A stretch of DNA of 64,000 nt from Marsupella aquatica (GCA_973895155.1 OZ316896.1:17410754-17474753); one strand, 5' to 3'. Numbered from the stretch's first letter, positions 1 through 12,829 are shown. Made by a program: numbers and translations. Notes: a model not told the origin generated them from the sequence alone.

Positions 1-1309
1 CACCACTTTTGAAAGGGTTTCATACCATTTTAGAATTGAAGCTAAATAGTAGTATACTAGAAAAATGACATGTGAAGATAAAAGTGGGGCCAACACTTGT
101 AACCTGGCCACGTGAGGAGAGGCAGGGCACAGGTACCAAGCTACAGTGCTTAAGATTAAAATATTTTTGCTTTAAGGTGGTTCAAAAAGAATTATCCCAA
201 CTCTAAAAGGGAAATCAAGGGTACATTCATTAATACAAGACAAGCTACTTACTTTCTAGAAGAACAAATAATACAAGACAAGCTACTTTACTTTCTTTTG
301 GGGCATCCTTACAACTTTAGGTACCAAGTCACCTGAAACAAATTTATTTTTGAGCAAGAAACACTAGTACAAGACAAGCTAATTTAATACTTTCTTTTTT
401 AAATCCTAACAACTTTAGTTAAGTTAAAGAAATTTTTTGCTGATTTATCTAGATTTGGTAACCCTAAATTTTTTTTAATACCATTTGGAGAAGATTACAT
501 AGATAACCTTGTCACTATTCTTATTTTCCAAGGGTACATTCATTTAATAAAGTTTTACAAGCTCCTTTGGGGATCGAGTCGCTGTAATCTTTAGCTGAAA
601 AGAGATACAATGACGGCCTAAAGCATTATCAAACAAAGGTGGTTGAGTTCCCGATATCCCTAACGCCAAAAATCATTGAGTTGGCTAGAAATTTGGCATT
701 TATTGGATAGACCCACTTGCCAAGAAGGAAGCCAGCTTAATTTTACAATTTAATTCGAGTAACTAGCCCCCGGTTTTCAGGGCAAATAGAGGTGAGGAAA
801 AAAAATCATTGCAAAAAACTAGAATCCCTCGACCATTAGGATGTTTTCCATTGACTTGCCCCAAATCCCTCCTTGTTTTGGGCATGCATCCTCAGTTTTT
901 CTAACTAGGAGGAAGAATAATGTAGAAGAAAGTATCACAGCTCTATCATACTTTGTCAGCTAAGGCTCTATCGTGGCATTAGCTGACAAAATTGGGGAAA
1001 AAAGATTGTTGTCACCATTTGATTGGCCAAATGTATCTACTTGCACACCCTCTGCCTCGGGGTCCTTGCCTAGCTTGGACTTGTCCCCTTCAGTTTTTCT
1101 GTATGTGGTTCCTTCTGAAGCTTTGAACAACACAAAATCTGCTGGGTTATTATTTCTTAATGAAAGCACCATTCAAAACTTACCACTCCAAATTTCAATT
1201 TCTAGCAACCCGCATAGCAATGGAATGATGGCAAGGCCGATTTATTGTGCAATCACCTGAGTGGCTGGGATAACATGCTAACCTTCCATACATAATTAAA
1301 AGCCTGAAC

Positions 1310-2600
1310 ATTAGAAAAGGTTACCCCCGTAATGTTACATCACCACCAGAGCATAGCCTGGGTCATTGGATCATGGACCTCAAGCTAGTAACTAAGAAAC
1401 GATGCATCAACCCCTTGGATGACTAGTGTTGGACATAATGCAACGTGGTGAGTGCTCACCAACTTGAGCAAATCACTCCACAACCACGTGGAATTCCAAA
1501 ATTAATGCCAACCTCTTTTGGCCTAGTAGGATCTCCAACTATTTAAACAACTGCATTACTTGAGTTATATGTTGAGTTGTGGATTTTACGTCCTACTTGG
1601 GAGTGGTTGTCGAGGTGGTTATTAGAGTGACAAACTGTGCAACCCCATTATATTGACACTGCATGTGGAGTTGCTTTAACCAGTGGAAATCACATAAAAA
1701 AAAATCAGTTCAAGTCTCATTTTCATGGCAATCATCCAGTTCAAACTAACATGCTTCTATAATTAACAGCCTCTTGTAAAAGGTTACTAAGTATACCCCC
1801 TAATATAACATTAATTGCTACTAGAGTATAGCCCTAGGTCATTGGATCGATACACCTTGAGTAAGAAAAATGCATCAATCCATATATTGTATGATCATAT
1901 ATTGTTGGAGCATAGAAGGTGTTGGGTGCTTACTAACTAAATAGCAAATCCCCAAGCAAATCACTCCAAGACCACATGAAAGTCCAAATGCCAAGCTCTT
2001 TTGGCATGGTAGCACCATTCTCCAACTATTGAAATAAACTGCATTGTTTGGTTTATATGTTGAGTTGTGGATTTTACCACTTACTTGGAAGACAGTGTTT
2101 GTTAGAATGACAAGTGGAGTGGTGTCCACTATATCTAAAGTTTCTCTAACCCCCGCTCTAACCAATGAGTGGAAATATTAATCGAGTTCAAACAAACTTC
2201 TATAAATCTAATTTTTGTGGCAATGGATGGCACTTGAGGCTAATTTATTCTGCAAATCTACCTGGTCCAGACTATCACGCTCCCCTACAATTAAAACCCT
2301 GGAATGCTACCCCCATATAATGCTACACCGCCACCAAAAGATAGCTGCCTTCTAGAATCAGCAGATGGGCCTCAAGTAGAACAAATGTGTCAACCCATTG
2401 TGTGAGTAGTGTTTGAGCACACAAGGTGTTGGGTGCTCACCAGCTTCAAGTAAGGGACTCCAAGACCACGTACATGTCATTTAAAATTAGATGCTAAGCT
2501 TTTTGGCTTGGTAGTAGCTCCAAGTGTTTTAAAAAAAACTGGTTTTCTTGAGTTAGTTTTGGACTTATGTTTAGTACTGAATTTTAGGTGGTTCATTGGG
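1310..2600. repeat. Diverged ~490-bp tandem triplication
   Basis: Collinear blocks recur in order near 1.3, 1.8 and 2.3 kb: aaggttac/ccccc..., ggtcattggatc, gtgctcacca, actcca(c/a)(a/g)accac, atgc(c/t)aa..cttttggc. The block gttgagttgtggattttac is present in copies 1 and 2. Boundaries are approximate. Confidence 0.7.
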
Positions 2601-2999
2601 TGGCAAGTGCAAAAACTTAGACAGTGCTTTTGTTGAAGTGGGGTTGAAGTAGTTTATGTGAAGACGTTGGCAAATAAAATTGAGGATTAAAAACAAGTTG
2701 TTCTTTTCCACACAAGTTGTTAATTAAGGTAGTTCTATTTTATAAATTTAATAGTACTTGAAAATAATGCAGTTGCAGAAACTTTCACAGAGTCACGTAT
2801 GAGACAAATAGTGCTAAGTATATGTAGTAGTTGTAAAATGTCATTGTCCTTCTAGTGTCGTATCAAAACCCTAAAATGCTCAAATAGCACACATATGAAG
2901 GCTCTAAACTCAGATAACACAATGTACTCTAATAGTACTCCTAATGGTGTCAGTGACATCCAACAGAGTGACCTACCAACCCAGTGACCCATCGAACAG

Positions 3000-3249
3000 A
3001 GGATAGACTTTGGAGCATGGGCCTTGTAGGGTAGCCAAGGGGTTGATATGCAGGGTTCCAATGGGGACCTGGACCAGGAGGGGGAGAGGGTTAAACCAGG
3101 GTTAATGCAGACCACCAGGGAGCTGACGCAAAACCAGCACTCCTACCATGTGCTAGCCCCTCCCCCCCCCCCCCCCTTGCACGTGGAGGGGGGATTGAAC
3201 CTGTGACCTCCCGAATCTAGGGTAACCCCCTGGCCAACTGACCTAAGCC
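3000..3249 (-). mobile_element. tRNA-derived SINE-like element (Pol III A/B-box head at 3183-3249)
   Basis: The minus strand reads ggcTTAGGTCAGTTGGccagggggttaccctagattcgggaggtcacaGGTTCAATCCcccc. This gives an A-box and a B-box at tRNA-like spacing, followed by a G-run and an unrelated body. No clean acceptor stem or anticodon arm. The 3' boundary is uncertain. Confidence 0.55.
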
Positions 3250-4012
3250 AATGTAAACAGTGAAGTCAATATTAAACATGATGACTTGTACGTATTTACT
3301 TGCCTCTTTTCTTTGTTGGGGCCGGGGTATTGTAAAGCAAGTTGTGAAGGTGGAAGACAGTGAAATGCAAAAGAAGAAGAGAGCCAGGGAAAAGCAATTG
3401 AAAATTAAAGGAGAGTCAGCCAGAGCCAATGAAAAGCATAAAGAAGAAGAGAGCCAATGAAAAGCAAGAAGAGTTTTTTTTAAGCTTAATTTGACTAGAG
3501 CATAATGAATTGTGTATGGACTTGTATTCATAATTATATATAACACTGCCAAAGCTAATGAAAAGCAAGTATCTTGAAGCTTTTGCTAAAGCATATTGAT
3601 TTGTGTATGGACTTCTATCCATATACGCTACCTGGCGAGGATCCTAAAGTGAAAAAAGGAAAACCAAAAAGCCCAAGAGCCAAAATGGCAAAGGAACTAA
3701 AGCCCTGTAGAATAACTAATTTATAAGTATGTTTGCAAATATTTTATTGCTCGACAAGTGTTGACTTGGATTTTTTTGGGAAATCTGTTGCTTTATTGAC
3801 ATCATCAAGTACGTTACAAATGCACGTAGTAAATGGTCAGGGTGACTTTGGGACCATTCCTTCGTTTATTCCCCCGTTTGGACTTGTCGGACAAATAGGG
3901 CCATTTGGGGCAAGAAATGACATGTCGCCCCGTTCTATCCCGGCCGAGTGGGGCCGGGAGGGTGTGGAGTCGGGTCAGGAGGGGTCGGGGGGTTGGCCGG
4001 GGGGCTGCTCTA

Positions 4013-4674
4013 AAGGTAGAGTCCAGACCAAACATCTTTTGAAAGTTCAAGTTTTGAGCAGACAAGTTGTCATTTGTTGGGCAAGTCAAATATGGCTGCA
4101 AAAAATATCAAGCTAGATTCGCACACAAAATATATGTGCCATTAATTAGTCATAGTCTCTCATCGCTGGATAGTAATTTTGAATATTAGAAGCTATTCAA
4201 AGTTTTATAAAAAAATTGAATAAAAAAACAATTGAAAAAATTTGAATAGATTTCTAAAAAGTTGTTCCAAACTATTCACTCTAAGATTATATGTGGACAC
4301 TATGATAAGTTCAAACAGAGCCTGAAGTTGACTTTACACGAACTGGGGCTGCCCATTCAGATATGGTGTTTATCAACTCTAAATTGCAAATAGTGGACCC
4401 AAATAAATGATGATTTGGGGTGCTTAGTATGGTGTCAACTCAAGAGGTGATCCAATTATTCCAAACTTAATTTGACTACTTCTTGAACTTTGTTAGCTAC
4501 TTTTTATATATTTCTCTTCTCTTTTGTTAGAGTTGCAATTGCTTTTTCTTTTCCTTGTTTGGTGCTTGTCCCCGTACTTGTCCTCTTTGGTCCTTTTTCT
4601 GTCCTTCATTGTACTTTGATTTTTCCGTTATTTATAACTTTGTTTCAAAAGATGTTTGGTCTGGACTCTACCTT
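4013..4674. mobile_element. MITE with perfect terminal inverted repeats and TA target duplication
   Basis: 4006-4044 (tgctctaaaggtagagtccagaccaaacatcttttgaaa) is the exact reverse complement of 4643-4681. TA flanks both ends (4011-4012, 4675-4676). The interior is AT-rich and non-coding. Confidence 0.8.
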
Positions 4675-5015
4675 TAGAGCATCTCCAAAGGTGCACTCTA
4701 TTTCCCTTACTCTATACATTAAATAATGAGTTATATTTGTTTAGTAATTAGTATAGTGTATGTAGCATGCGTCATGAGCGTGTATGCCAAATAATGCAAG
4801 CCCAATGGTTTTCTACTGCCTCTTGAAATAGGCACCATTGGATTTTAATCAGATCTTGCTAACCCAGGAATAAAGTCAGTACGAATCTCACAATTGTTAC
4901 GGGAGCATTCTGAGCTACAACTCAACCTAATAGCAATCGGTGTAGCTACAACTCAAACGTTTAGTTGTCGGAAAGAGCAGTCCGTTTTGGAAACATTACT
5001 CAAATTCTTGGAGGG

Positions 5016-5268
5016 ATGGAAAACACTCTGGACCAGCAGCATGGCTCGTCAAAGAGGGGCTTCTCGAAGCTTTCCAAAGTGTTCATAGCAGAAGCTTCTC
5101 CAGCTCACACGGTCGACGAGCTACCTCTCAGACTCGCGAAGGAGGCTGCTGAACCCGAGCTGGGCACCCTGCCTCCAACAACTGAGGTCCGGCCTGGATT
5201 GGAGTCCGGCCACTTCCGGAGGACGTCATTTCCTACTGACGCAGCCCGCGGCAAGGCATCATTGCAGT
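5016..5268 (+). CDS. Candidate distal alternative first coding exon of the downstream oxidoreductase
   Basis: ATG 5016 opens an 84-codon GC-richer frame (MENTLDQQHGSSKRGFSKLSK...ASLQ) ending at a strong donor T|GTAAGT (5269). It is phase 1, compatible with the acceptors at 6506/6518. Confidence 0.45.
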
Positions 5269-6403
5269 GTAAGTCAACCAAAGTCTACTAAATTCAATTT
5301 GTCCGCTGCCAAGTACGTATGACTTGTCCTCAGAGTTGAGACTTGGTGGCCTCTTCTGTTGAATTTGATACGTTGATAGTTTGATCCCATCAATTCGTGC
5401 TGTACGTATCAACACGACTGGGTTTTCAGGATTGTAGTCATCTCAAGTTGATTTATGGTGTGGAATAAACATTAATCCAAGACGGGCTGAGGTTGAGTTT
5501 CATTTGACCGTGACTTTTACTTCCATAAAACGAAACTAAGGGTGTTGTCAGACTGGGTAGCCACTCTTTGAATCGATCCTACTTCAAAAGTAGACCCAGT
5601 CGAACTTGTGACAGGGACTACACTTTTTGTTTAGTGCGTTGCGCTCGAGCTTAAATGCCCGAGCTGCATGGTAGCACTCAGTGATGACTACAGACATTGT
5701 GCCCTACTCACTTATTGCTCCCCCGACCCTGGAGTCTCACTGGCGAGAGTTTCGATCACTCTAGACTGATGTAGGCTTTGATTTTTAAGTGCACATCGCG
5801 ACTACCGCAGCTTTAAATAAATCTCGAGAGCGTGGTCGACTAGAAGATTGTCAAGATTCACATAGCTTCAGTACAGGTTTGCCACGTAGTTTCTTCACCG
5901 AATGAGCGAACCACTGTACCATCGATCTGGCTTGAGTTTCAACTTAATGTGGAAGTTGGCCCAAACCCAGATGTCTAGGCATTTTTTTGATCTATGTGAG
6001 ATTATCTTTCCAACGCCGACTTTATCGAGAATATACTTCAAATGCTCACACATTATTTTGCAAGGGGAACAACCAAGACTTCCATCTGGTGGACTGACTG
6101 GACATGAGCCTTGCAGCACTGCAGAACTGAACTGAAGACACAATATATATCGACACCTTGGCTGGGCTGGGAGAGCTGCAAAATCTTAGCACATCCTACT
6201 TTCAAAGTGAATCAGACATCTGCGGTGTGACGTTTGAATAGAATTTGTGTCTGTCAGTAAAGTGAGCCGTGCTGACAAACTCCGAGTTCGCAAAACATGG
6301 CTCATTCCAATGATCGTCGGATCCACGTACAGCGTACTCATAGCATACCTTCTTCCTTCTAAGGAAATCTTAGAGTTTACGAGTGTCTTAACACTGGGCA
6401 AGT

Positions 6404-8596
6404 ATGGAGAAACTTTTGGATCGTGGATTTCAGCAACTTTCGCAATATTGTAAGTCTGAGCATACCCTGACGAACGTAGCTCACTTCCGTACTTGAATGG
6501 ATGCAGTTTCTTGGTTAGGCAGCGGCAGGCTTGTGACAGCACCCGCCGAATTTGTTGGGCAAGCAAGCAAAAAGATTTATGAGTCGGCGACAGAATATGC
6601 CTCCCCAAGTTTTTCCAGCGTGCGAACTCTGAGCTTCGCTGAACTGGAGAGAGGGTCCAGGAGGTATTCCAGGACCAACTCACTCACTTTCGGCCAAGTG
6701 GTGCCCGTGGACCATGAAGATTTTCTGGAGCAGGTTCCTGATTGTCTTGAACAGCAGGGGGATCTCGAATCAGGAGAGATACTCTCTGAGAACCTGGTTC
6801 TCCACAAGGAAAAGTCTATCAGGCCAAGCAGTGGTCAGATTGCCCCAGGTGCAATTCAAAACCAAACAATCTTCATGTTATTATGATCTTCACAAGAAGC
6901 GATCTTCTACGCACACGAAACCATGTTCAATGGACTATAGAATTTCTCTGACCAGTCTAAGTGACCATAGCTGTCGTGTTTTACAGGTGAGCCTCAAAAG
7001 CGACCCAGCACGAAGACTGAAGCCAAGTCTCGCCTAGGAACACTCATCTTGGAGCAAAGCTGGCTAACGGTCTATAAGCGGCTCTACCTCGCCACAATCG
7101 TACTCAATGCCATTGGTGTCACATTAGCCGCCACTAATCAATTTCCATATGCCAAGTCTCAGGCAGTTGTATTCTCTGTTGGAAACATTATGATGTCCGT
7201 GCTGGTGCGAAACGAAATTTTCCTTCGCGGCGTTTTCTGGCTTGCGGTCAAGATCCTGGGTCACTGGTGGATTCCACTGAGGCTAAAAACTATGATGACT
7301 TCCCTGCTCCAAAGCCTGGGAGGCATTCACTCAGGGTGTGGACTCGGAGCTATAATGTGGCTAGCATACGCAATTGATCTAACCTTCCGAAACCGGCACG
7401 CATCCAGTGACGAGATGGTGGGAGTTGCGTTCGGCATTTTGGGTCTCCTGGCGTTGACCTCCTTGGCTGCCTTCCCGGTTGTCAGGCACATTCACCACAA
7501 CTTTTTTGAGATTGTCCACAGGTTCGCTGGATGGACATCGCTAGCTCTGGTCTGGGCGTTCGTCCTACTAAGCACCTTCTGGGACCCGGCCACGGAATCG
7601 TACCGAGTTTCCAGTCGGTCTGGAACAGAGCTGGCACGGATGCAGGGCCTCTGGTTCACGGTGGCCATTACAGTCATGATCATTCTTCCGTGGCTTGGCG
7701 TGAGGAGGGTAGCAGTGGAGACTGTAGTAGCGGCCAATAAGTTCAATTCCCTGATCCAGTTCGAAGGAGGTGTGAAGCCTGGTTTTCTGGCCAGAATTAG
7801 CCCCTCTCCATTTTCAGAGTGGCACGCGTTCGGGATCATATCCGATGGACAGACGAGGCATACTGTTTTGGCTGGAGCGGTCGGCGACTTCACAAAGTCT
7901 CTGGTGGAGAGGCCTCCTACCCACATATGGGTTCGGACTATCCACTTCGCAGGTTTGTACTGAATCTTACATCGCCGTCCTGCCCAGCATAAGTGCAAGT
8001 ACGTTTAGTGGACAGCTTCCGTGAGAGATTGAAGAAATACAGTGAAGTATTGCGCCAACAGATGGTTATTTCAATAATTGCGGGGAGGGTTGTAGTTGTG
8101 TAATTTAAGTACTTTCTATATAAGCTCTATCTAGGTCCAGGCGGTGGTTAATCTAAATGTTAAGTCTTACAACATAGACTTATATCCGTGGAATGTATTT
8201 CGAACTTCTGCCCACTCAGGTCTCCCCTACCTCTGCAATCTGTACCAAAGGGTACTGATGGTGGCCACAGGCTCGGGAGTAGGCGTGTACCTGTCTTTCT
8301 TACTGCAGCCACAACGTAAATTAGATGTGCACCTCATTTGGATCGCCAAGAAAATCCGAGAAAGCTTTGGCGATGGGCTTTGGGAAGCCGTCAACGATGC
8401 GCCTGGTGGAAGAATTACTGTAATTGACACCGCAGTGTCTGGGAGGCCGAATACCAAAGAAATGGTCGTAACGAAGGCCAAGGAATGGAACGCTGAAATG
8501 GTCATTGTCACCAGCAATCCGATTGGCACGAACGAGATAGTGAATGCCTGCAAAGCTGTCGGCATTCCGGCTTTTGGCCCCATTTGGGACTCGTAA
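6404..8596 (+). CDS. Ferric reductase-like transmembrane / FAD-NAD(P)H-binding oxidoreductase (resembles the reductase module of fungal adenylate-forming reductases)
   Basis: Exons: 6404-6449 (candidate first exon; an in-frame ATG also exists at 6497), 6519(or 6507)-6848, 6987-7952, 8220-8596. All introns are GT-AG and frame-preserving. About 6 hydrophobic helices with His residues (GGIHSG, RHIHHNFFEIVHRF), FAD-type EWHAF and GDFT motifs, a nucleotide-binding VATGSGVG motif, and C-terminal AFGPIWDS. Confidence 0.85.
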
Positions 8597-8812
8597 TAAG
8601 GATACAACTATAATGAATAATGAAGGGGGATCCAGCTTTTTTTAGTCTTGTTTCCAATGCAAAAAAGTTCTTGGGGGGGAAAGATAGACACTCAGCCATT
8701 GGATTCATTTAGTTACATTGGATTCGTTTAGCTATTTTCCCTGACCATTGATGGAAGAAATGGATACCCGTGGTGCACATGAGTGTGCTCCCCCACGCCA
8801 TTCACGTCCCAC

Positions 8813-9811
8813 CCTGAGTCTAATCTACATCAAGTTAATGTTCCCCCACTTTCTCGGGGTGCTGTACACTACTGCCCGTCCCAATCCCTGATGTTGCTGC
8901 CCGCTCCTGCCCAAGTTTGGCAGAACATAAACCAATAACTCTACCATTTTGTCACAAGCTCCGGCCCGATAAACTTTGGGTCATCTACTTTAGGTTTATG
9001 TTTTGGCACTTACCTTTGCTCGCTCCGGCCCGACGACTTAAGTTTGTGTCATCAATTTTTTCCTTGTGGAGTCTTGGTTTATGTTTTGGCAACACTAGCT
9101 TCTTTCCAACAGAGTCTAAGTGTTCAGGGCAAACCTAGTACTTTGGTTAAGAGTCATGATTTATAGAGTTTTGGTTTATGTTGTGCCAAATACTTATTCT
9201 CTAAGGAGTTATGATTAATGTTTGGGAACACTTCTTTCCAAGGGAGTCAATCATGCTTGTTTGGTAACAAAGTCCAAGTGTTTAGGCACAACCTAGTATT
9301 TTGGTTTACTTAAGAGTAATAATTCTAGAATCTTGGTAGATGTTTTGCCAAATGCTTCTTCTTGATGGAGTTAGGGTTTATGTTCTGGCAACACTTCTTT
9401 CCAATGCAGTCATACCTATTTTGTAATAGACTCTAAATGTTCAAGGGGATCCTAATACTTTGGTTGAGAGTCATAATTTCAAGATAGAGTGAGTCTTGGT
9501 TTATGATGTGCCAAATTTTTATTCTCTATGGAGTGGTGTTTATGTTTTGGCAACACTTCTTTCCAAAAGTTGATGGCACAAAGTCAATCGGGCCGGAGTG
9601 GCCAACAAAAAGTTTTGGGTGCCAAAACATAAACCTGAAGTCGATGGCGCAAAGTTGATCGGGCCGGAGCGCATGAGTTAAATTGTAGACTATTGGTTTA
9701 TGTTCTGCCAAACTTGGGCCGGAGCGGACAGTAGCATCGGGGACTGGGACGGGCAGTGTACGGCGCCCTGGGAAAGTGGGGGAGCATTAACTTGACGCAG
9801 ATTTAACTCAG
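8813..9811. mobile_element. Foldback-type element: ~245-bp imperfect inverted arms around internal tandem repeats
   Basis: 8813-9060 is an inverted copy of ~9568-9811; the ORF track shows mirror MAEHKPI... ORFs on opposite strands. The interior has ~159-bp units (at 9113, 9272, 9431) with the sub-repeat ggtttatgttttg(g/c)caa. Confidence 0.75.
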
Positions 9812-9855
9812 AGTTCACATCCCGGCCCGACTCCTTATGGACTGGCCTCCTTGCG

Positions 9856-9955
9856 CCATGCAACACATGGACATTGGGACGGGCATAGGGCTAGTTGATG
9901 CATAATTCTGAAGAGCAATGTTGTAGCGCCTTGCAACGCATGAGCATCGGGCTAG
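9856..9955 (+). mobile_element. Two tandem Helitron-like 3' termini
   Basis: ccatgcaacacatgg...gggCTAG|T (ends 9894) and ttgcaacgcatgagcatcgggCTAG|T (ends 9955). Both closely match the terminus at 33041-33066. Confidence 0.55.
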
Positions 9956-10494
9956 TCATAATTCTGAAGAGCAATGCTGTATTTGTGAGGACTACTTTTG
10001 AAGGCAAGCTTAAAGATAGGAATTATACTGATGGTTCCAGGGTATAAGTAAGTGATTTGGTCACCTCAATAATTGTCACACAAGCGGTTTTGGGAGAGAC
10101 GTGTAATCTCGCGTGTAATAAGGCTTGCCAAGCACCACAGTAATCTCCAATTTTGATTACTTTGTTCCTTGAGAGAATGTATATAAATTATATTAGTTGA
10201 GACAGAACAATGGAAGCCGCTTAGCAGAGACAAAGAGATGTCTTGAGCTGTACAGGTCAGTAACTTACTGTAAAGGACGCCCATAGGAAGACCCTGTCAA
10301 AGGTGGCTTATACAAAGAGCTAATTATTGGTCAGTGCTTGAACTCTACCATCAAAACTTCCATATGGAATATATATATATCAAACTTTCAAAAAACAAAA
10401 AGCGCAAAAAGCCCCCGACTGGGAGAAAGCACTTGGGCAAGGAACCCAACAAAAAGTGCCCAACCGGGGGACAAATTCCTCAGGCAAGAAACCC

Positions 10495-10655
10495 AAACAA
10501 AGCAAAGGGCCAAAAAGCCAAAAGGACCAGGGCATGAGGGAGAACTACTGTAGACATGAGTTATATAACCGTTCAAAAGAAAACAAAGCAAAGGGCCAAA
10601 AAGCCAAAAGGACCAGGGCATAAGGGAGAACTACTGTAGACATGAATTATATAAC
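10495..10655. repeat. ~86-bp direct tandem duplication
   Basis: aaacaaagcaaagggccaaaaagccaaaaggaccagggcat(g/a)agggagaactactgtagacatga occurs twice. Confidence 0.85.
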
Positions 10656-12829
10656 AGTTATACAGCAAGCTCGAGCTGGAGAAGAGGCAAGGGAATTTCC
10701 AAGTTCCAGGGTTTGAGAGATAATTTCATACCAGTGAGGAGTGTACATTTGGTAGTCTAATAGGTGTGACCGGGACAAGAGAGTACTTTCCATCATTTGT
10801 ACGAATAAAGGATTCCCTACAATTCTATGCACTAAGACCATCTCCAACTCAAGTGGGTTTTGCTTATTGGGTACATTAAGTACTCAATTTGGCAACATTC
10901 TTTTTCAATTACATATCTATCATGAGTAACTAAAAAGCAGTCTCAACCCTGATAGGTAATTTCACTAATTAAACAGCAGGTATCATCATTTGACAACAGT
11001 AGATGCAAATCTTGAACACCCACCAACTAGCCCAGTCAGGAGTCAACTATTGTATAATCTCCTTCATATACAGATCCTGACAACAGAAACATTGGTTTAC
11101 AGTCTAGAATTTCCTGAGGAGATTGGATGCAATCATGTCTTCCATGGCATATCCTTGAATCTTCCATGAAGGACTTCCCATTGACTTCCCTTGGGTTTTT
11201 TGGTGGTTTTCCCTTTTTACTCACATTTTTTGTCCTCCTGACTCCCTCGGATTGGCGCTTTTGTTCGTTTGGAGTGTGAGCTACATGTGCCTGAGACTCT
11301 TTTGTTCATGTCCGCTCTCTGATGGGCACGAGGCTTTGGCCTTTTTTCAACCTAATCATGCATGTTAAGAAGAGAATGATCCCAAGGAGACATATGGCCC
11401 TTATTACATAACAAAAAAACTTTTCAGTCCTATCAGTGCTATAGTCCACAAAAACTTTGGGGATGCTGAAGTATTAAGTAAAAATCAGTGTCCTCCATTC
11501 CAAGACAATTTGAGGCCAGATCAGAAAGACCAACCATTGAAAATGGGCATCTACTAGGTGTGGGTAACACGCCCATCCTATTGCAATTACGAACAGTCAA
11601 AAAGTAGTATTACAGCCCAGAAAGTGTTTGGATCGAACCTGGATCGCACCTTGGTATTAGCTCGGTCGAGTTACTGACTTGACTTTAGTCATGTGAAGGG
11701 AATCGTTTAAATATTAGTGGCAGCACCTTAACAGGAATATCCAGGTTCCCACTAACTGTCTCATCTTAAGAGGCAATATTAATCTTCAGAGAAGCTTTCC
11801 ATCATTGATCATTGTGCTTCTTTCAGATATTCTCATCTCTTGTATTCTTGATAGATTTTTAAGTGTGTTTAATACATTTTGTTACATTTGGCCAGGAGCT
11901 GTGCATTACAGCTTTTGACCATGTGTCTTCTTTTCGGATATTCTTAGGTCATTTTAAATCTATTGACATATCATAATGATTGAGTGATGTGATTCTTTCT
12001 TTTGCTATAGTACCAGATTATAGAAGGAGTCTTGAAGGTCTACTAGAAGAAAAACTAACGTTGGGTCTAAAATTATTGTCTTTCTAGCTTTTCAATTTTC
12101 ATAGTGTCTCTCTGTCTATACGTATAGCTTGTGTAATGCATGTGTGAAGTACTCGTGACTTGTACAAGGATCATCACCCTCTGTGTTTATGTGTTGCCTA
12201 GCATTTCCGCACAAGTTATTCAAAAATGTACTGCAGACTGACATCAAAGGCCTCTCATCCCCTTGAAGACTAGATTACCCCTTCGAACCTTTATGAGAAT
12301 ACCAGACCAGCCCAGGTCATGCATGACTGTTTGTCTGTATGTAACTACTTCACAAAATTTTCACAAAAGTATTCTTCGCTCAGCTATTTTTGGAGCAGCT
12401 CACTGGGTCTAGCTACCAAAGAGGAACACCCACTCATTGATGTTTGTTGATAGCTCCCATCAGCTATGTCCTTAAGTAGGTTCCAGCCAGCATGAGTCCT
12501 GAAACGTTTCGTATCCGTCAGTTTATGGATCCGTCCAGCAAGATAGCCCGAACGCGAGCAGTAATTGAACATTGAACGAAGGAAAGATATACTCAAATGA
12601 TTAAAAGCATAAGTAATCCTTGCAAGAGAGACAAACCTTTATACGGTCAGATCTGCCATGTCTATAGCAGCGTCATGCTCCGAAATGAACATACTATCAA
12701 TTTTTCCTATTTTTAGTGCATGATTAACGTACCCAATCATTTTAAAGGTTCGACTCACCTTCCAAATCGGTCTCCAGGATGTTTCGTTAGCCGCAGCACT
12801 TGTCTATCAAGACTGCAACGACGCAGTAC

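Noticed and set aside
3183-3249. tRNA gene
   Set aside because: A and B boxes are present but there is no convincing cloverleaf or acceptor stem; treated as a SINE head.
7492-8607. Antisense ORFs of 168 and 126 aa
   Set aside because: Shadow frames of the reductase exons with no recognisable motifs.
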